Assembly: GCA_050251945.1 (NCBI GenBank)
Contig: JBFWLW010000013.1
Location: forward strand, 1 to 64,000
Direction of reading: 5' to 3'
Source of the DNA: Deferribacterales bacterium
Lineage (GTDB): Bacteria; Chrysiogenota; Deferribacteres; Deferribacterales; Geovibrionaceae
DNA length: 64,000 nt
Positions 39,854 to 49,613 of this stretch are shown piece after piece (position 1 is the first letter of the stretch; the number at the start of each line of letters is the position of its first letter). The position numbers and the translations under genes are program-made. The notes below the pieces were generated by a model. That model had not been told where the DNA came from. It searched no databases and saw nothing but the letters and a program-made list of their open reading frames with translations.

Positions 39854-41044
39854 CTAAAACAGCTCTACATTGTCACCGCTATGTAAACGCCCGGTCTTTC
39901 CGGGATCTTTTAACGCGTGAACCTCCCGTTCAGATTCCATTGTATAAAGATCCTGAACGTAGTTTTCGATTGGGCTGACCCTGATATCCAGTCTGTCGCC
40001 GCTGAAGTTCAGAAATGAAGAACGGACGCTCTCCATATCCGCACCGATCATGTCCAGAGGTTCTATGACATGCTCTATCCTCTGCCGGTTTATGTCCTGA
40101 TACTGCATGGACACAACCATCTTCCCTATCTCATTTGCAAGCTCCGAAGAGGTGTAGGTAAGCTGTTCGACTATATGGCTTGAGCTTGTCATAGTCTGAT
40201 CAAGCACCTTCAGCGTCCTGCTTATCTCCGCTTCCGACCTGTCATGGATATTTTTTATGTTCTCAACGTTTTCAACGGTCTTCTCGCGGATTCCGCCGAC
40301 CTTCAGCGAAACCTCGTCAATGATGTTTCGTATCTCAAGGGAGAACACATTGGATTTCTCCGCAAGCTTCCTCACCTCGTCGGCAACAACGGCAAAACCC
40401 CGCCCGGCGTCGCCTGCCCTTGCCGCCTCTATGGCTGCGTTCAGTGCGAGAAGATTTGTCTGGTCGGCGATATATTCCACATTTTCGACAGTGTCGCGGA
40501 TGTTGCTGATATCCTCTATAACCACCGCCAGCTCTCTGTTCGTTTCATCTATATAGGTGTAGATGACCGATATCTCGCTGAGAACTTTCGACAGGATAGC
40601 CTTGCTGTTATCTATGAAGTTTTCGTTCCCTCCGCTTCCTGTGAGGCTGTCGATGGCTTTCGATGCGTTGTTCGCCTGCTCTTGAGCCATGGAAACGATC
40701 ATGTTGAACTTTCCGGCTATTTCATTGTGGGCGGATTCGCTGTCTCCGTTGGCGCGTATAAGCTGGTTTTTAAGAACAGTTATCAGTTCCGAACGGATAT
40801 TAAGCGCATCCGTCAGGGGGCTGAAAGACTCCGCAAGAACCGCCAGACTGTCTTCCTGTCTGCCAAGCTGAGCCTTCCTCTCTTCCATTGCCGCCGCCTT
40901 TGAACCGGACACGAACAGAGCAAACACAGCCGCACCGCAAACAGCACATGCGGCCGCAGCGGACAGCGTCGCGGATACAAAGCACACAAGTACCTGAATA
41001 ACAATGAATACCGCCGCCAATGCCTTAAATGTTCTGCTGTTCAT
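39854..41044 (-). CDS. MCP-signalling-domain protein without periplasmic sensor
   Basis: MCP hairpin motif, [21 protein letters not shown] and a C-terminal DNVELF. Confidence 0.88.
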   Translation of the reverse strand: MNSRTFKALAAVFIVIQVLVCFVSATLSAAAACAVCGAAVFALFVSGSKAAAMEERKAQLGRQEDSLAVLAESFSPLTDALNIRSELITVLKNQLIRANGDSESAHNEIAGKFNMIVSMAQEQANNASKAIDSLTGSGGNENFIDNSKAILSKVLSEISVIYTYIDETNRELAVVIEDISNIRDTVENVEYIADQTNLLALNAAIEAARAGDAGRGFAVVADEVRKLAEKSNVFSLEIRNIIDEVSLKVGGIREKTVENVENIKNIHDRSEAEISRTLKVLDQTMTSSSHIVEQLTYTSSELANEIGKMVVSMQYQDINRQRIEHVIEPLDMIGADMESVRSSFLNFSGDRLDIRVSPIENYVQDLYTMESEREVHALKDPGKTGRLHSGDNVELF

Positions 41045-41444
41045 GCCTTCCTCCACTGTCGATAATGCTCCCGAGCATATCGTTTAATTTCTGGAAGAAC
41101 TCTTTGGACGAGAACGGTTTTTGCAATACCGAAATGTTTTTGAGTCTGGAACAGAAAAACTCGATATCAAAATCAAGCATGCTTGTGATGACCATAATGG
41201 GGGTTTCGACCTTCTCTTCTATGAGATATTCGATAACGTCGATGCCTGAAACCTTCGGCATAATAAGGTCGAGCAGAATCAGGTCATACGGGTTTTCTTC
41301 AAGGATGCTGCTGATTATGCACTGCATCCCGACGTCACCGTCGCCCGCCTCTATGACCTCATATCCACGCCTTGTCATCACTATCCGAACCGCAGTCCTG
41401 AAGAGTGCTTCGTCTTCAATCAATAGTATTCTTTTCCCTTTCAT
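41025..41444 (-). CDS. Single-domain response regulator
   Basis: Motifs [19 protein letters not shown] and LQKPF. Confidence 0.9.
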   Translation of the reverse strand: MKGKRILLIEDEALFRTAVRIVMTRRGYEVIEAGDGDVGMQCIISSILEENPYDLILLDLIMPKVSGIDVIEYLIEEKVETPIMVITSMLDFDIEFFCSRLKNISVLQKPFSSKEFFQKLNDMLGSIIDSGGRHEQQNI

Positions 41445-41456
41445 GGAGCTATCAAA

Positions 41457-41472
41457 AGCAATAGGCGTGCCA
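41457..41472 (-). promoter_or_regulatory. Sigma54 (-24/-12) promoter of the chemosensory operon
   Basis: The minus strand reads TGGCACGCCTATTGCT, matching the consensus TGGCAC-N5-TTGCW. Confidence 0.88.
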
Positions 41473-41688
41473 CAACATGACCATATATGTATCAATGAGT
41501 TAGCTTGACATGCTGCGGAGAATAATTGTCAACCCAACTATCCGGTATTGACAAATAGAAACCAGCTTATTATTTGAGAGTAATAATATTTTTCAAAAAA
41601 GAGAAAATTTGGTTGACATTTACAAGGGCATCACTAAAATTCAGTATACATAATTACTTATTTTGAATTCCTGTGGTATCCCAGCCTG

Positions 41689-43554
41689 GTGCATAAAATG
41701 AAGATTCTGATGATTGCGAATGCGGAGCATACGCTCACATATGACTTTGTACAAAAGATATATTCCGACGGCTATTATATAATTAAAATAGTTCACAATC
41801 CAACCGACGCTGTACTTTCCATGAGACAGATTGCACCGGACGTGGTCATTCTGGACATCGACTTTCTCATGGAAACAGGAGAGGCGCTCATTCTGGAACA
41901 GGTTTACGCCTATAACAACATACCCGTCATCTACGTTACAGACGAATCGGTAAAGCAGATACTGGATAAAACACTGGATCAGGAGTCTTTCGGCTATATT
42001 TCCTACAACTGCACACGGCAGGAGCTAAGCGCCGCACTGGACAGAGCGTACGACAAAATAAATCTTGTGGAAAAGACCGCCACCCAGTCCAACATGATGA
42101 ACGTTCTCATGGAAAACAGCGCCATGGGCATCATATTTCTGGACAAAACAGGACGTATCGTCAAACACAACAAACAATTCTTCGACATATTCAGAACCAG
42201 ACCGAACCTCGACAGTATCGAAAAGATATCCGGAGGACGCATAACCCCTGCGCTCATAAACGGACTGCTCAACGCCGGCAGGCAGGATCTCATCGAACTG
42301 CAGATAAAAGGCATCAAAAAGTATCTGCATATATCTGTGGATAAATGCAAATGGTACGCAAATGAACTGGTCATAATGTTCATTTCCGACCTTACCAACC
42401 TGCACAAAACAAAGCACTCTCTTGCGGAAGCTGAAGTGCGGTTCAGCAAGGTGTTCAGCGAAAGAGCCGACCCGGGGGTCATCGTGAGATGCTCGACGTA
42501 TGAGATTTACGCCGCAAACAAAGCGTTCGCCGAAAAATATAAGACAGACCTGAATAAATGTGTCGGTAACACGCTCGTGAACTACATCGGACACGAGATA
42601 TCGAACATAATACAGTTGAGAGCGCACGGGAAAGAAAGCTTTACACTGAGCAGGATACAGCAGCAGAGCTTTGCAGGCGATACGTTCGTCGTAAATTTCA
42701 GAGGCAAAAAGATAGTCTTCGACAATATTGCGTATTTTCTCATGGAGATAGTGGACGTCACCGAACAGGTCAAAGCGGAAGAAGCGAAAAACATGTTCCA
42801 GCAGCACCTGATGCACGCGAACAAGCTGACAGCTCTCGGCACTCTGGTGTCGTGCATGGCACATGAGATAAACAACCCGAACAACTTTATAATGTTCAAT
42901 ACCTCCCTTGTGTCAGACTACATTGACCTGCTCACCGGAAAAAAACAGCAGAAAGAAGACGCAGAACAAATGTCCGGTGAAGAGATATGCACCGACCTGC
43001 GGGAGCTTGTGGACGGCATTTCCAAAGGCGCCGATAGGATTAAGCTGATAGTGGATGACCTGAAAAGTTTTGCCCGCACGGGGCAGATAGGTGTTTTTCA
43101 TAAAGTCAGCCTTAAAGATGCCGCTGAAACATCCGTCAGACTCCTAAGCCACAAAATAAGGAAAGTCACGAAAAGATTTAAGATATCTTTCACAGATAAT
43201 AACCACTTCATATACGGAAGCCAGCAGAAGCTTGAACAGGTCATCATGAACATACTCATGAACTCAATCGAAGCAATACGCTCTCCCGAATGTCTTTTGG
43301 AAGTGAAGTGCTATGACACCGCCAACTATCAGATATTAGAGATAATTGACGAAGGAAGCGGTATCGCCGAAGAAAATCTCGGCAAACTGCTGGACCCGTT
43401 TTTTTCAACAAAATTTCAGAACGGAGGAACCGGGCTGGGACTTTATATCGCCAACAGCATAATAAAAGAACACAGCGGTTTCCTGAATATCTGTTCGCGG
43501 GTTTCCATAGGAACAACAGTAACTATTAAATTTCCGAAGTATGAACATGCCTGA
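41689..43554 (+). CDS. Cytoplasmic REC-PAS-PAS sensor histidine kinase
   Basis: Degenerate REC domain, PAS domains, H-box MAHEINNP, DEGSG, FFSTK and GGTGLGL. Confidence 0.92.
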   Translation: MHKMKILMIANAEHTLTYDFVQKIYSDGYYIIKIVHNPTDAVLSMRQIAPDVVILDIDFLMETGEALILEQVYAYNNIPVIYVTDESVKQILDKTLDQESFGYISYNCTRQELSAALDRAYDKINLVEKTATQSNMMNVLMENSAMGIIFLDKTGRIVKHNKQFFDIFRTRPNLDSIEKISGGRITPALINGLLNAGRQDLIELQIKGIKKYLHISVDKCKWYANELVIMFISDLTNLHKTKHSLAEAEVRFSKVFSERADPGVIVRCSTYEIYAANKAFAEKYKTDLNKCVGNTLVNYIGHEISNIIQLRAHGKESFTLSRIQQQSFAGDTFVVNFRGKKIVFDNIAYFLMEIVDVTEQVKAEEAKNMFQQHLMHANKLTALGTLVSCMAHEINNPNNFIMFNTSLVSDYIDLLTGKKQQKEDAEQMSGEEICTDLRELVDGISKGADRIKLIVDDLKSFARTGQIGVFHKVSLKDAAETSVRLLSHKIRKVTKRFKISFTDNNHFIYGSQQKLEQVIMNILMNSIEAIRSPECLLEVKCYDTANYQILEIIDEGSGIAEENLGKLLDPFFSTKFQNGGTGLGLYIANSIIKEHSGFLNICSRVSIGTTVTIKFPKYEHA

Positions 43555-44944
43555 AAACTGCCCTATCGTCATCGTTGACGACGAAAAAGAAATGCTGCTT
43601 TATTACGAACTGTTCTTTAAACTGAATAAGATAAAAAACTATAAGCTCTTTTCATCTTCATCAGAATTTATACGCGAACTCCCGTCGTTCGAGCCTTCGG
43701 TGGCGTTTCTTGACATCAGGATGCCTGACTACGACGGCGAAGTGGTGCTTAAAGAGATAAGGAAAAGGTATCAGGATACGTCAGTTTTCATTGTTTCAGC
43801 CACGCAGGACATCGACACCGCTGTCCGCTGCATCCAGAGCGGCGCGCAGGACTACGTTGTAAAACCCATCGATAAGAACAGGTTTCTCGCATGCATAACA
43901 TCAGGCTCAGATCTTTTCAGAATAAAAAAGGAACTGAGCAAAACCAAAGAGGAACTGGACAGGCTCAGTTTTAAAAACATCCTGTCTAATACGAAGATAA
44001 TCACCCGCTCCCCTGCAATGGAAGATATGATGCGGTATGTAGTCTCCGTGGCGGAGAGCGATTTCCCCGTTCTGATCACCGGAGAGACCGGAACAGGAAA
44101 GGAACTCATAGCGGAAACACTTTATAACCTCAGCAAAAATCAGGAAGGATTCATTCCTGTCAACATCTCCGCATATGATGAAAACATGTTCAACGACGCA
44201 GTTTTCGGACATGTCAAAGGTGCTTTCACCGGAGCGAACAAGGACAGGACAGGGCTTTTGGGCAGTGCCGGAAAGGGAATAGTTTTTCTGGACGAGATAG
44301 GCGACCTGACTGAATCTTCGCAGATAAAGCTTTTGCGGGTGCTTCAAAACAAAGAATATACTCCGCTCGGCTCGGACTTGCCCGTTAAAACCGAAGCGCG
44401 CATCATAGCCGCCACCAACGCAAACCTGAGAAAAAAAGTGGAAACAGGTTCTTTCCGCGAAGATCTCTATTACAGGCTGTCCGCGCACGTTATAGAGATT
44501 CCGCCGCTGCGTGACAGAAAAAACGATATCGAACTTCTTTTTAACCATTTTTACCGCTCACTGCTCGACAGAATGGGCTGTGAGGGTCCAGAGGTTCCGC
44601 CGCATTTCATAAACTCGCTTAAACATCACCGTTTTCCGGGCAACGTACGCGAGCTTCAGGCGCTGGTACAGGATTACGTCTTTATGTTCCGCGGAAGGGA
44701 CACAAAGAAGCAGGGTATCAACAACTTTCTCAAGAAACATAACATAATGCCTGTGGCAGACAGATCAACATATGACAACTCGTTCAGTTACGACGGATAT
44801 TTCCCTTCATTGAAAGAGATGGAGAACATGCTGGTGGATCAGGCTATGCTGAACGTTAAGGGCAATCAGAGTAAAGCTGCCGCAATGCTTGGCATCACAA
44901 GGCAGGCGCTCAACAAGCGGCTCACCCAGAGGAAAACAAAATAG
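43541..44944 (+). CDS. Sigma54-dependent response regulator (NtrC family)
   Basis: REC domain, GETGTGKE, GAFTGA, FLDEIGD, FREDLYYRL, PGNVREL and a Fis-type HTH. Confidence 0.96.
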   Translation: MNMPENCPIVIVDDEKEMLLYYELFFKLNKIKNYKLFSSSSEFIRELPSFEPSVAFLDIRMPDYDGEVVLKEIRKRYQDTSVFIVSATQDIDTAVRCIQSGAQDYVVKPIDKNRFLACITSGSDLFRIKKELSKTKEELDRLSFKNILSNTKIITRSPAMEDMMRYVVSVAESDFPVLITGETGTGKELIAETLYNLSKNQEGFIPVNISAYDENMFNDAVFGHVKGAFTGANKDRTGLLGSAGKGIVFLDEIGDLTESSQIKLLRVLQNKEYTPLGSDLPVKTEARIIAATNANLRKKVETGSFREDLYYRLSAHVIEIPPLRDRKNDIELLFNHFYRSLLDRMGCEGPEVPPHFINSLKHHRFPGNVRELQALVQDYVFMFRGRDTKKQGINNFLKKHNIMPVADRSTYDNSFSYDGYFPSLKEMENMLVDQAMLNVKGNQSKAAAMLGITRQALNKRLTQRKTK

Positions 44945-45198
44945 ATAACAAAAAAAGTCCGAACTGTTACCAACTCCGTGAAATACCGTACAACGGAAAA
45001 ACTCCTGGACTCTATACAACTGGAAATGTTCGGGCAAGATCGAGTCTATAAAATTGGGCAGTACTCTTCTGCTCAGGAAATGCCAGTTATTGTGCCTGCT
45101 CTCACGTAACTCAGCATAGGAAAAAAATTTTTGCTCCGAACTCACATAGTGCTGACATGAAAAATCTCTGAGAAAGTCGATTGAAAATGAACAACAAA

Positions 45199-45223
45199 AA
45201 AGGCCTTGCATTTGCAAGGCCTT
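45199..45223 (-). terminator. Terminator after tRNA-Asn
   Basis: Hairpin aaggccttgc-attt-gcaaggcctt with a U-tract on the minus strand. Confidence 0.75.
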
Positions 45224-45229
45224 GCTAAA

Positions 45230-45302
45230 CTCCCCGAACAAGACTTGAACTTGTAACCTATTGATTAACAGTCAATTGCTCTGCCGATTGAGCTATCGGG
45301 GA
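45230..45302 (-). tRNA. tRNA-Asn(GTT), CCA not encoded
   Basis: TCCCCGATAGCTCAATCGGCAGAGCAATTGACTGTTAATCAATAGGTTACAAGTTCAAGTCTTGTTCGGGGAG folds as a cloverleaf. A TTGACA-N17-TATATT promoter lies at 45345-45317. Confidence 0.96.
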
Positions 45303-45370
45303 TTGTCGAGGGGGAGAATATATCAATATCCAACCCCTTTGTCAACTACTTATCAAAAGATTTTTTCAAA

Positions 45371-45880
45371 TTATTTTTCCAGCGAAAACTCCATGGCATC
45401 AAACCAGAATCCGTCCTGAGCCATGAAGTCAAGCTCTGCCTGAATTATGTCGTGGTGCTTCTGCTCAACCTCTGAAAGTTTTATAAAAAACGCTTTCAAT
45501 TCAGCATCATGTGTCTTTTCCGCTTCGTCTTTATAGAAATTGCGGGCTTTTTCCTCATGGACGAGTGCTATCTTAAGAGCCGCCTCATCGCCGACGGAGG
45601 ATTTTTCTGTTTTTGTTCTGGAAGCGTCAGATACTTTCGGCATGAATTTGGATATTCTTGCGGGCGGAACGTTAACAGGCGTGAACATTTCCCCTGCAAG
45701 CGCTTTTTCCATAAATTTCTCGATCATCTCCATATGGTCGATTTCGTCAAGTGCAAGCTGGATAAACATGTTCTTGCCGCTGACAACGCTTGTGTCCTTG
45801 GCAAATTTCATATAGTTTCTCATGCCCTCTTTTTCCGCTTCATAGGCTGTTTTCAGTGCTTTCTGCATAGACTGGCTCAT
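45371..45880 (-). CDS. Ferritin-like / rubrerythrin di-iron domain protein
   Basis: Repeated E..Y / ExxH motifs: EKEGMRNY...DEIDH and EEKARNFY...EQKH. Confidence 0.88.
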   Translation of the reverse strand: MSQSMQKALKTAYEAEKEGMRNYMKFAKDTSVVSGKNMFIQLALDEIDHMEMIEKFMEKALAGEMFTPVNVPPARISKFMPKVSDASRTKTEKSSVGDEAALKIALVHEEKARNFYKDEAEKTHDAELKAFFIKLSEVEQKHHDIIQAELDFMAQDGFWFDAMEFSLEK

Positions 45881-45996
45881 AATTACCTCCGCTTTTTTAT
45901 GTGTGTACATGTTATATTACAACATTTGCCTTTCAAAAACAAAGTCAAGTAAGTATAATATGTTACTTTTGCCTTTTTAACGGAGGTATAACTATC

Positions 45997-47307
45997 ATGA
46001 ATCCATTGGCTAAAGAGCTTAATGAGCAAATTGCAAAAGACAGCCCCATCGTTCTTGAGATGCTTTCCGACCTCGGGAAAAACCTTTTCATGCCCAAAGG
46101 TATCATCACACAATCTGCCGAGGCAAAGGAAAAAGCGCACAAATTCAACGTAACGATCGGTATTGCTACGGACAAAAAAGGACCTATGTATCTGGACAGC
46201 GTTTTCAAGTCGTTCAACGACATGAAGCCTTCAGATCTTTTTACATATGCGCCCTCATCAGGAAAACCGGAACTCAGAAAAAGATGGGCAGAGAAAATCC
46301 TTAAAGACAGCCCCTCTCTCGCCGGAAAACAGTTGAGCAGCCCCATTGTTACAAACGCTCTGACACACGGTCTGAAACTCATGGGCGACATGTTCCTTGA
46401 AAAAGGCGACACTCTCGTTCTGCCCGACAAATTCTGGGGCAACTACCGCCTTACATTTGTAACTATCGGCGGTGCAGAAATAGCTACATTCGCAGCATTT
46501 AACGACAAAGGCGGCTTCAACGTTGAGGCACTCCTTGAAAAATGCAAAGAAACCGCACGCATAAAAGGCAAAGTTGTTGTTATCCTTAACTTCCCCAACA
46601 ACCCGTCAGGCTACGCACCCACTGTTTCCGAGGCGCATGCAATCGCCGACGGACTTACAGCTATCGCCGAATCAGGCTCGAAAGTCGTTGTCATAACTGA
46701 CGACGCATACTTCGGACTGTTCTATGAAGACGACATCTACCCCGAATCAGTGTTCAGCCTCCTTGTGGGACGCAGCAAAAACCTGCTCCCCATTAAACTG
46801 GACGGAGCTACAAAAGAACACTTCGTATGGGGCTTCCGCGTGGGCTTCGTAACCTTCGGCGCAACAGCAGGCGGAGACCAGTCAGGCATGATGGCTGCGC
46901 TGGAGAAAAAGCTTACAGGGCTCATCAGAGGCACAATATCAAACTGCCCGCATCCTTCTCAGTCCATCGTTCTGAAAGCTCTGAACGATCCCGCTTTCGA
47001 TGCACAGCGTGCGGAAAAAGTGAAAATAATGAAGGGACGCGCACTCAGCTTCAAAAAAGTGCTTAAAGAAAATGACTACTCAGACGAGTTCACTCCCTAT
47101 CCTTTCAACTCAGGCTACTTCATGTGCCTTAAGCTGAAAAACGTGGACGCTGAACAGCTCAGAGTTTACCTTCTGGACAAATACGGCATCGGTACCATCT
47201 CCTCAAGCAGCACAGACCTTCGTCTTGCGTTCTCTTGTCTTGATGAGGGCGACACCCCCGAACTGTTCAAATATATTTATCAGGCTTGCCAAGAGCTCCA
47301 TAAATAA
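45997..47307 (+). CDS. Class I/II PLP-dependent aminotransferase
   Basis: Motifs NFPNNPSG, DDAY, DGATKE (PLP Lys) and WGFRVGF. Confidence 0.93.
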   Translation: MNPLAKELNEQIAKDSPIVLEMLSDLGKNLFMPKGIITQSAEAKEKAHKFNVTIGIATDKKGPMYLDSVFKSFNDMKPSDLFTYAPSSGKPELRKRWAEKILKDSPSLAGKQLSSPIVTNALTHGLKLMGDMFLEKGDTLVLPDKFWGNYRLTFVTIGGAEIATFAAFNDKGGFNVEALLEKCKETARIKGKVVVILNFPNNPSGYAPTVSEAHAIADGLTAIAESGSKVVVITDDAYFGLFYEDDIYPESVFSLLVGRSKNLLPIKLDGATKEHFVWGFRVGFVTFGATAGGDQSGMMAALEKKLTGLIRGTISNCPHPSQSIVLKALNDPAFDAQRAEKVKIMKGRALSFKKVLKENDYSDEFTPYPFNSGYFMCLKLKNVDAEQLRVYLLDKYGIGTISSSSTDLRLAFSCLDEGDTPELFKYIYQACQELHK

Positions 47308-47409
47308 TAATTTTCTGTCGATATCAAAGGCACGCTGACTTTATGGTCTGCCGTGCCTTTTTTTGTTGAAGGATATAAGGCTTCATGATGAAGTCCGTGG
47401 GGAGGGCAA

Positions 47410-48444
47410 ATGGACGTTAAACGTCTTACCGAATACGCCAAAGCGGCCGGCTGAGCCGCCAAGACGGGTCCGGGCGACCTGGCAGAGGTACTTTCAGGCT
47501 TGAAACTGTACCGCCCAGATAACCTCATAGTGGGGTTTGAAACGGGTGACGATGCTGCTGTGTTCGATCTCGGAAACGGTACCTATCTGGTGCAAACCGT
47601 TGATTTTATTACGCCCGTTGTGGACGATCCATATCTTTTCGGGCGGATTTCGGCAAACAATTCCATCAGCGACGTATACGCCATGGGCGGGCGTCCTGTC
47701 ACGGCACTCAGCGTTTTCATGCTTAACTGTTCCATGGATAAAACAATCATACAGGCGATGATGCAGGGCGCGGCGGATGAATGTGCAAAAGCCGGCGCGG
47801 CACTTTGCGGCGGACACACCATCGCGGACAATGAGATAAAGCTCGGCTTCTCCGTCACAGGGGTTATAGAGGACAAACGATTCTATAAGAACTACGGACT
47901 GAGAACGGGCGACGTTCTCATCTATACCAAAAAACTGGGCATAGGTCTTGTCACAACCGCTCTGAAAGCAGGCATGGCATCCGAAGAACATATCAAATCC
48001 GTCACAGACACGATGCTCCTCTCAAACGGCGGCGCTTCAAAGCTATTGCGGAGTTTTGATGTTTCCGCCTGTACAGATGTCACAGGATTCGGCATGGCTG
48101 GGCACGGACACGAGATGGCAAACGGCTCAGGAAAGACAGTCACATTCGACAGTAAATGTTTTACATATCAGGAAGGTGCGAAAGAATACGCATCGCAGTT
48201 CATCATTCCGGCAGGCGCATACGGAACCATGGAGTTTGTGAAAGACGTCTGCGGATTCACCGCGTCGCCTGACAATTCCCACATGCTGTTCTTCGATCCG
48301 CAGACATCCGGCGGGCTTTTGATAGGTGTTTCAGAGAAGGACTCAGGAAAGATGGTCTCCGCCCTTAAAGATGAGGGCTATGCCAGCGCCGCGGTTGTCG
48401 GCATGGCATCAGACAAACTAGATAAATCCGTGATATTTATTTAA
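47410..48444 (+). CDS. selD: Selenide, water dikinase (selenophosphate synthetase), Sec-containing
   Basis: MDVKRLTEYAKAAG-TGA-AAKTGP is in frame with DDAAV, QTVDF, GGHT, TDVTGFG and DPQTSGGLL. A GGAGGG ribosome-binding site precedes ATG 47410. Confidence 0.95.
47458..47483 (+). promoter_or_regulatory. Putative bacterial SECIS hairpin
   Basis: gcc-aagac-gggtc-cgggc-gacct-ggc forms a stem-loop with a G-rich apical loop immediately 3' of the UGA. Confidence 0.6.
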
Positions 48445-48727
48445 CTTTGCTTAAGTGTACTTTTTCATTCTCACATTCAGGTTCGCAGACCAGATTTATC
48501 TGCACTTTCCCTGTCCTGTCCACATGCACGTTTTCAGAAAGAACCCATTCGGGAAATTTGACCTCGTCACCGACCTTAACCGCTTTGTCCGATACGAAGG
48601 TATGCATAAAGCCGGTTTCTCCGGAAACGTATGCGGAATACTTGTAGAACAGCTTGCTCTCCCCTGTTTCTTCATCCACGCTGTTAATTACTCCGGAATT
48701 AAAAATCTGCTTAACTTTCATGCTCAT
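48437..48727 (-). CDS. Small hypothetical protein
   Basis: A 96-aa ORF with a GAGG ribosome-binding site. No family was recognised. Confidence 0.6.
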   Translation of the reverse strand: MSMKVKQIFNSGVINSVDEETGESKLFYKYSAYVSGETGFMHTFVSDKAVKVGDEVKFPEWVLSENVHVDRTGKVQINLVCEPECENEKVHLSKVK

Positions 48728-48917
48728 ATCCGCCTCGCTGCATATGCTGTGGGTGTACTTTAAGCCGACAGCATGCATTCTCAATACGTATACTTTATTT
48801 ATTTTATACACTATAACACAATATTTTCAATACCAATACATAACGTTATCAATATTTCCATATGCAACATTTCTGATTCGCCGAAGACGGAAACATATCC
48901 GTGGGATGAATAAACAT

Positions 48918-48946
48918 TTGACACATGAAGACCGAAAAGCTATAAG
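48918..48946 (+). promoter_or_regulatory. Sigma70 promoter upstream of the tRNA-Leu locus
   Basis: TTGACA-N17-TATAAG. Confidence 0.7.
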
Positions 48947-49049
48947 AGGCACTACGTTAATGGATTTTTATAAATATAAATTTCCCCTGACCTCTCTTTG
49001 TTAAAGAGGGGAATAAGATAGAAGACTGTATTTACAATTTAATAGATTT

Positions 49050-49134
49050 GCCTGGGTGGCGGAACTGGTAGACGCAAGTGGATTTTCTCCGAAGGAGTGG
49101 CGAACGGAGTTCGGCATCAACTCCCTCGGGATTT
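49050..49134 (+). pseudogene. Truncated tRNA-Leu copy with insertion in the anticodon loop
   Basis: The 5' half is nearly identical to 49173-49207, followed by a ~33-nt insert and then aactccctcgggattt. There is no T arm or acceptor 3' strand. Confidence 0.8.
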
Positions 49135-49172
49135 TATAGAAGTTTTCTGTATTTTTACAATTGAATAGGTTT

Positions 49173-49257
49173 GCCTGGGTGGCGGAATTGGTAGACGCAA
49201 GGGATTTAAAATCCCTCGGGATTTACTCCTGTACGGGTTCGATTCCCGTCCTAGGCA
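49173..49257 (+). tRNA. tRNA-Leu(TAA), CCA not encoded
   Basis: Acceptor GCCTGGG/CCTAGGC, D arm GGCGGAATTGGTAGACGC, anticodon arm AGGGA-TTTAAAA-TCCCT, a long variable arm and GGTTCGATTCC. Confidence 0.96.
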
Positions 49258-49613
49258 TTTAAAAAGGGATACGGCTTTTGTCGTTTCCCTTTTTTATTTA
49301 AAGGGAAGCGAACGGCTGTGAACGCCGACCGATTAGGGAGGACAAGCCGACACGATGTCGGCGGCAGTGAACAGACTGGCTTTTTGGAGCTTTCAGGAAG
49401 AAAGCGAACAAAAAGCGATCCCGTACCAGGCATAAACATAAAAACATCCTTTGTGGATGCTTTTTTATTATATTCTGAAATGATTTTTGTTTTGAGTTTT
49501 TTACATCGTCAGTTGCGTCAAATATTATATCGCAGAATGAAATAGTATATCAATTTTCCAATTGGTCGATTACTAGAGTTGAAAATAGCTTATCGGAATC
49601 AAAAAAAATTAAC

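Noticed and set aside
44950..45195. Unexplained ~250-nt intergenic stretch (43-codon GTG ORF; 144-aa minus ORF)
   Set aside because: There is no ribosome-binding site, motif or recognisable RNA family. The long ORF overlaps both the tRNA and the activator gene.
29837..45230. Chemosensory cluster as a genomic island integrated at tRNA-Asn
   Set aside because: No integrase, no tRNA 3' repeat at the far end and no obvious composition shift were seen.
48982..49012. Hairpin ttcccct...ctctttgttaaagaggggaa
   Set aside because: It is a single copy in the window and cannot be distinguished between a repeat, a leader structure and a terminator.
49087..49119. Group I intron in tRNA-Leu(UAA)
   Set aside because: It is only about 33 nt, with no catalytic core or terminal G, and the host copy lacks its 3' arms. 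It is kept only as a possible scar.
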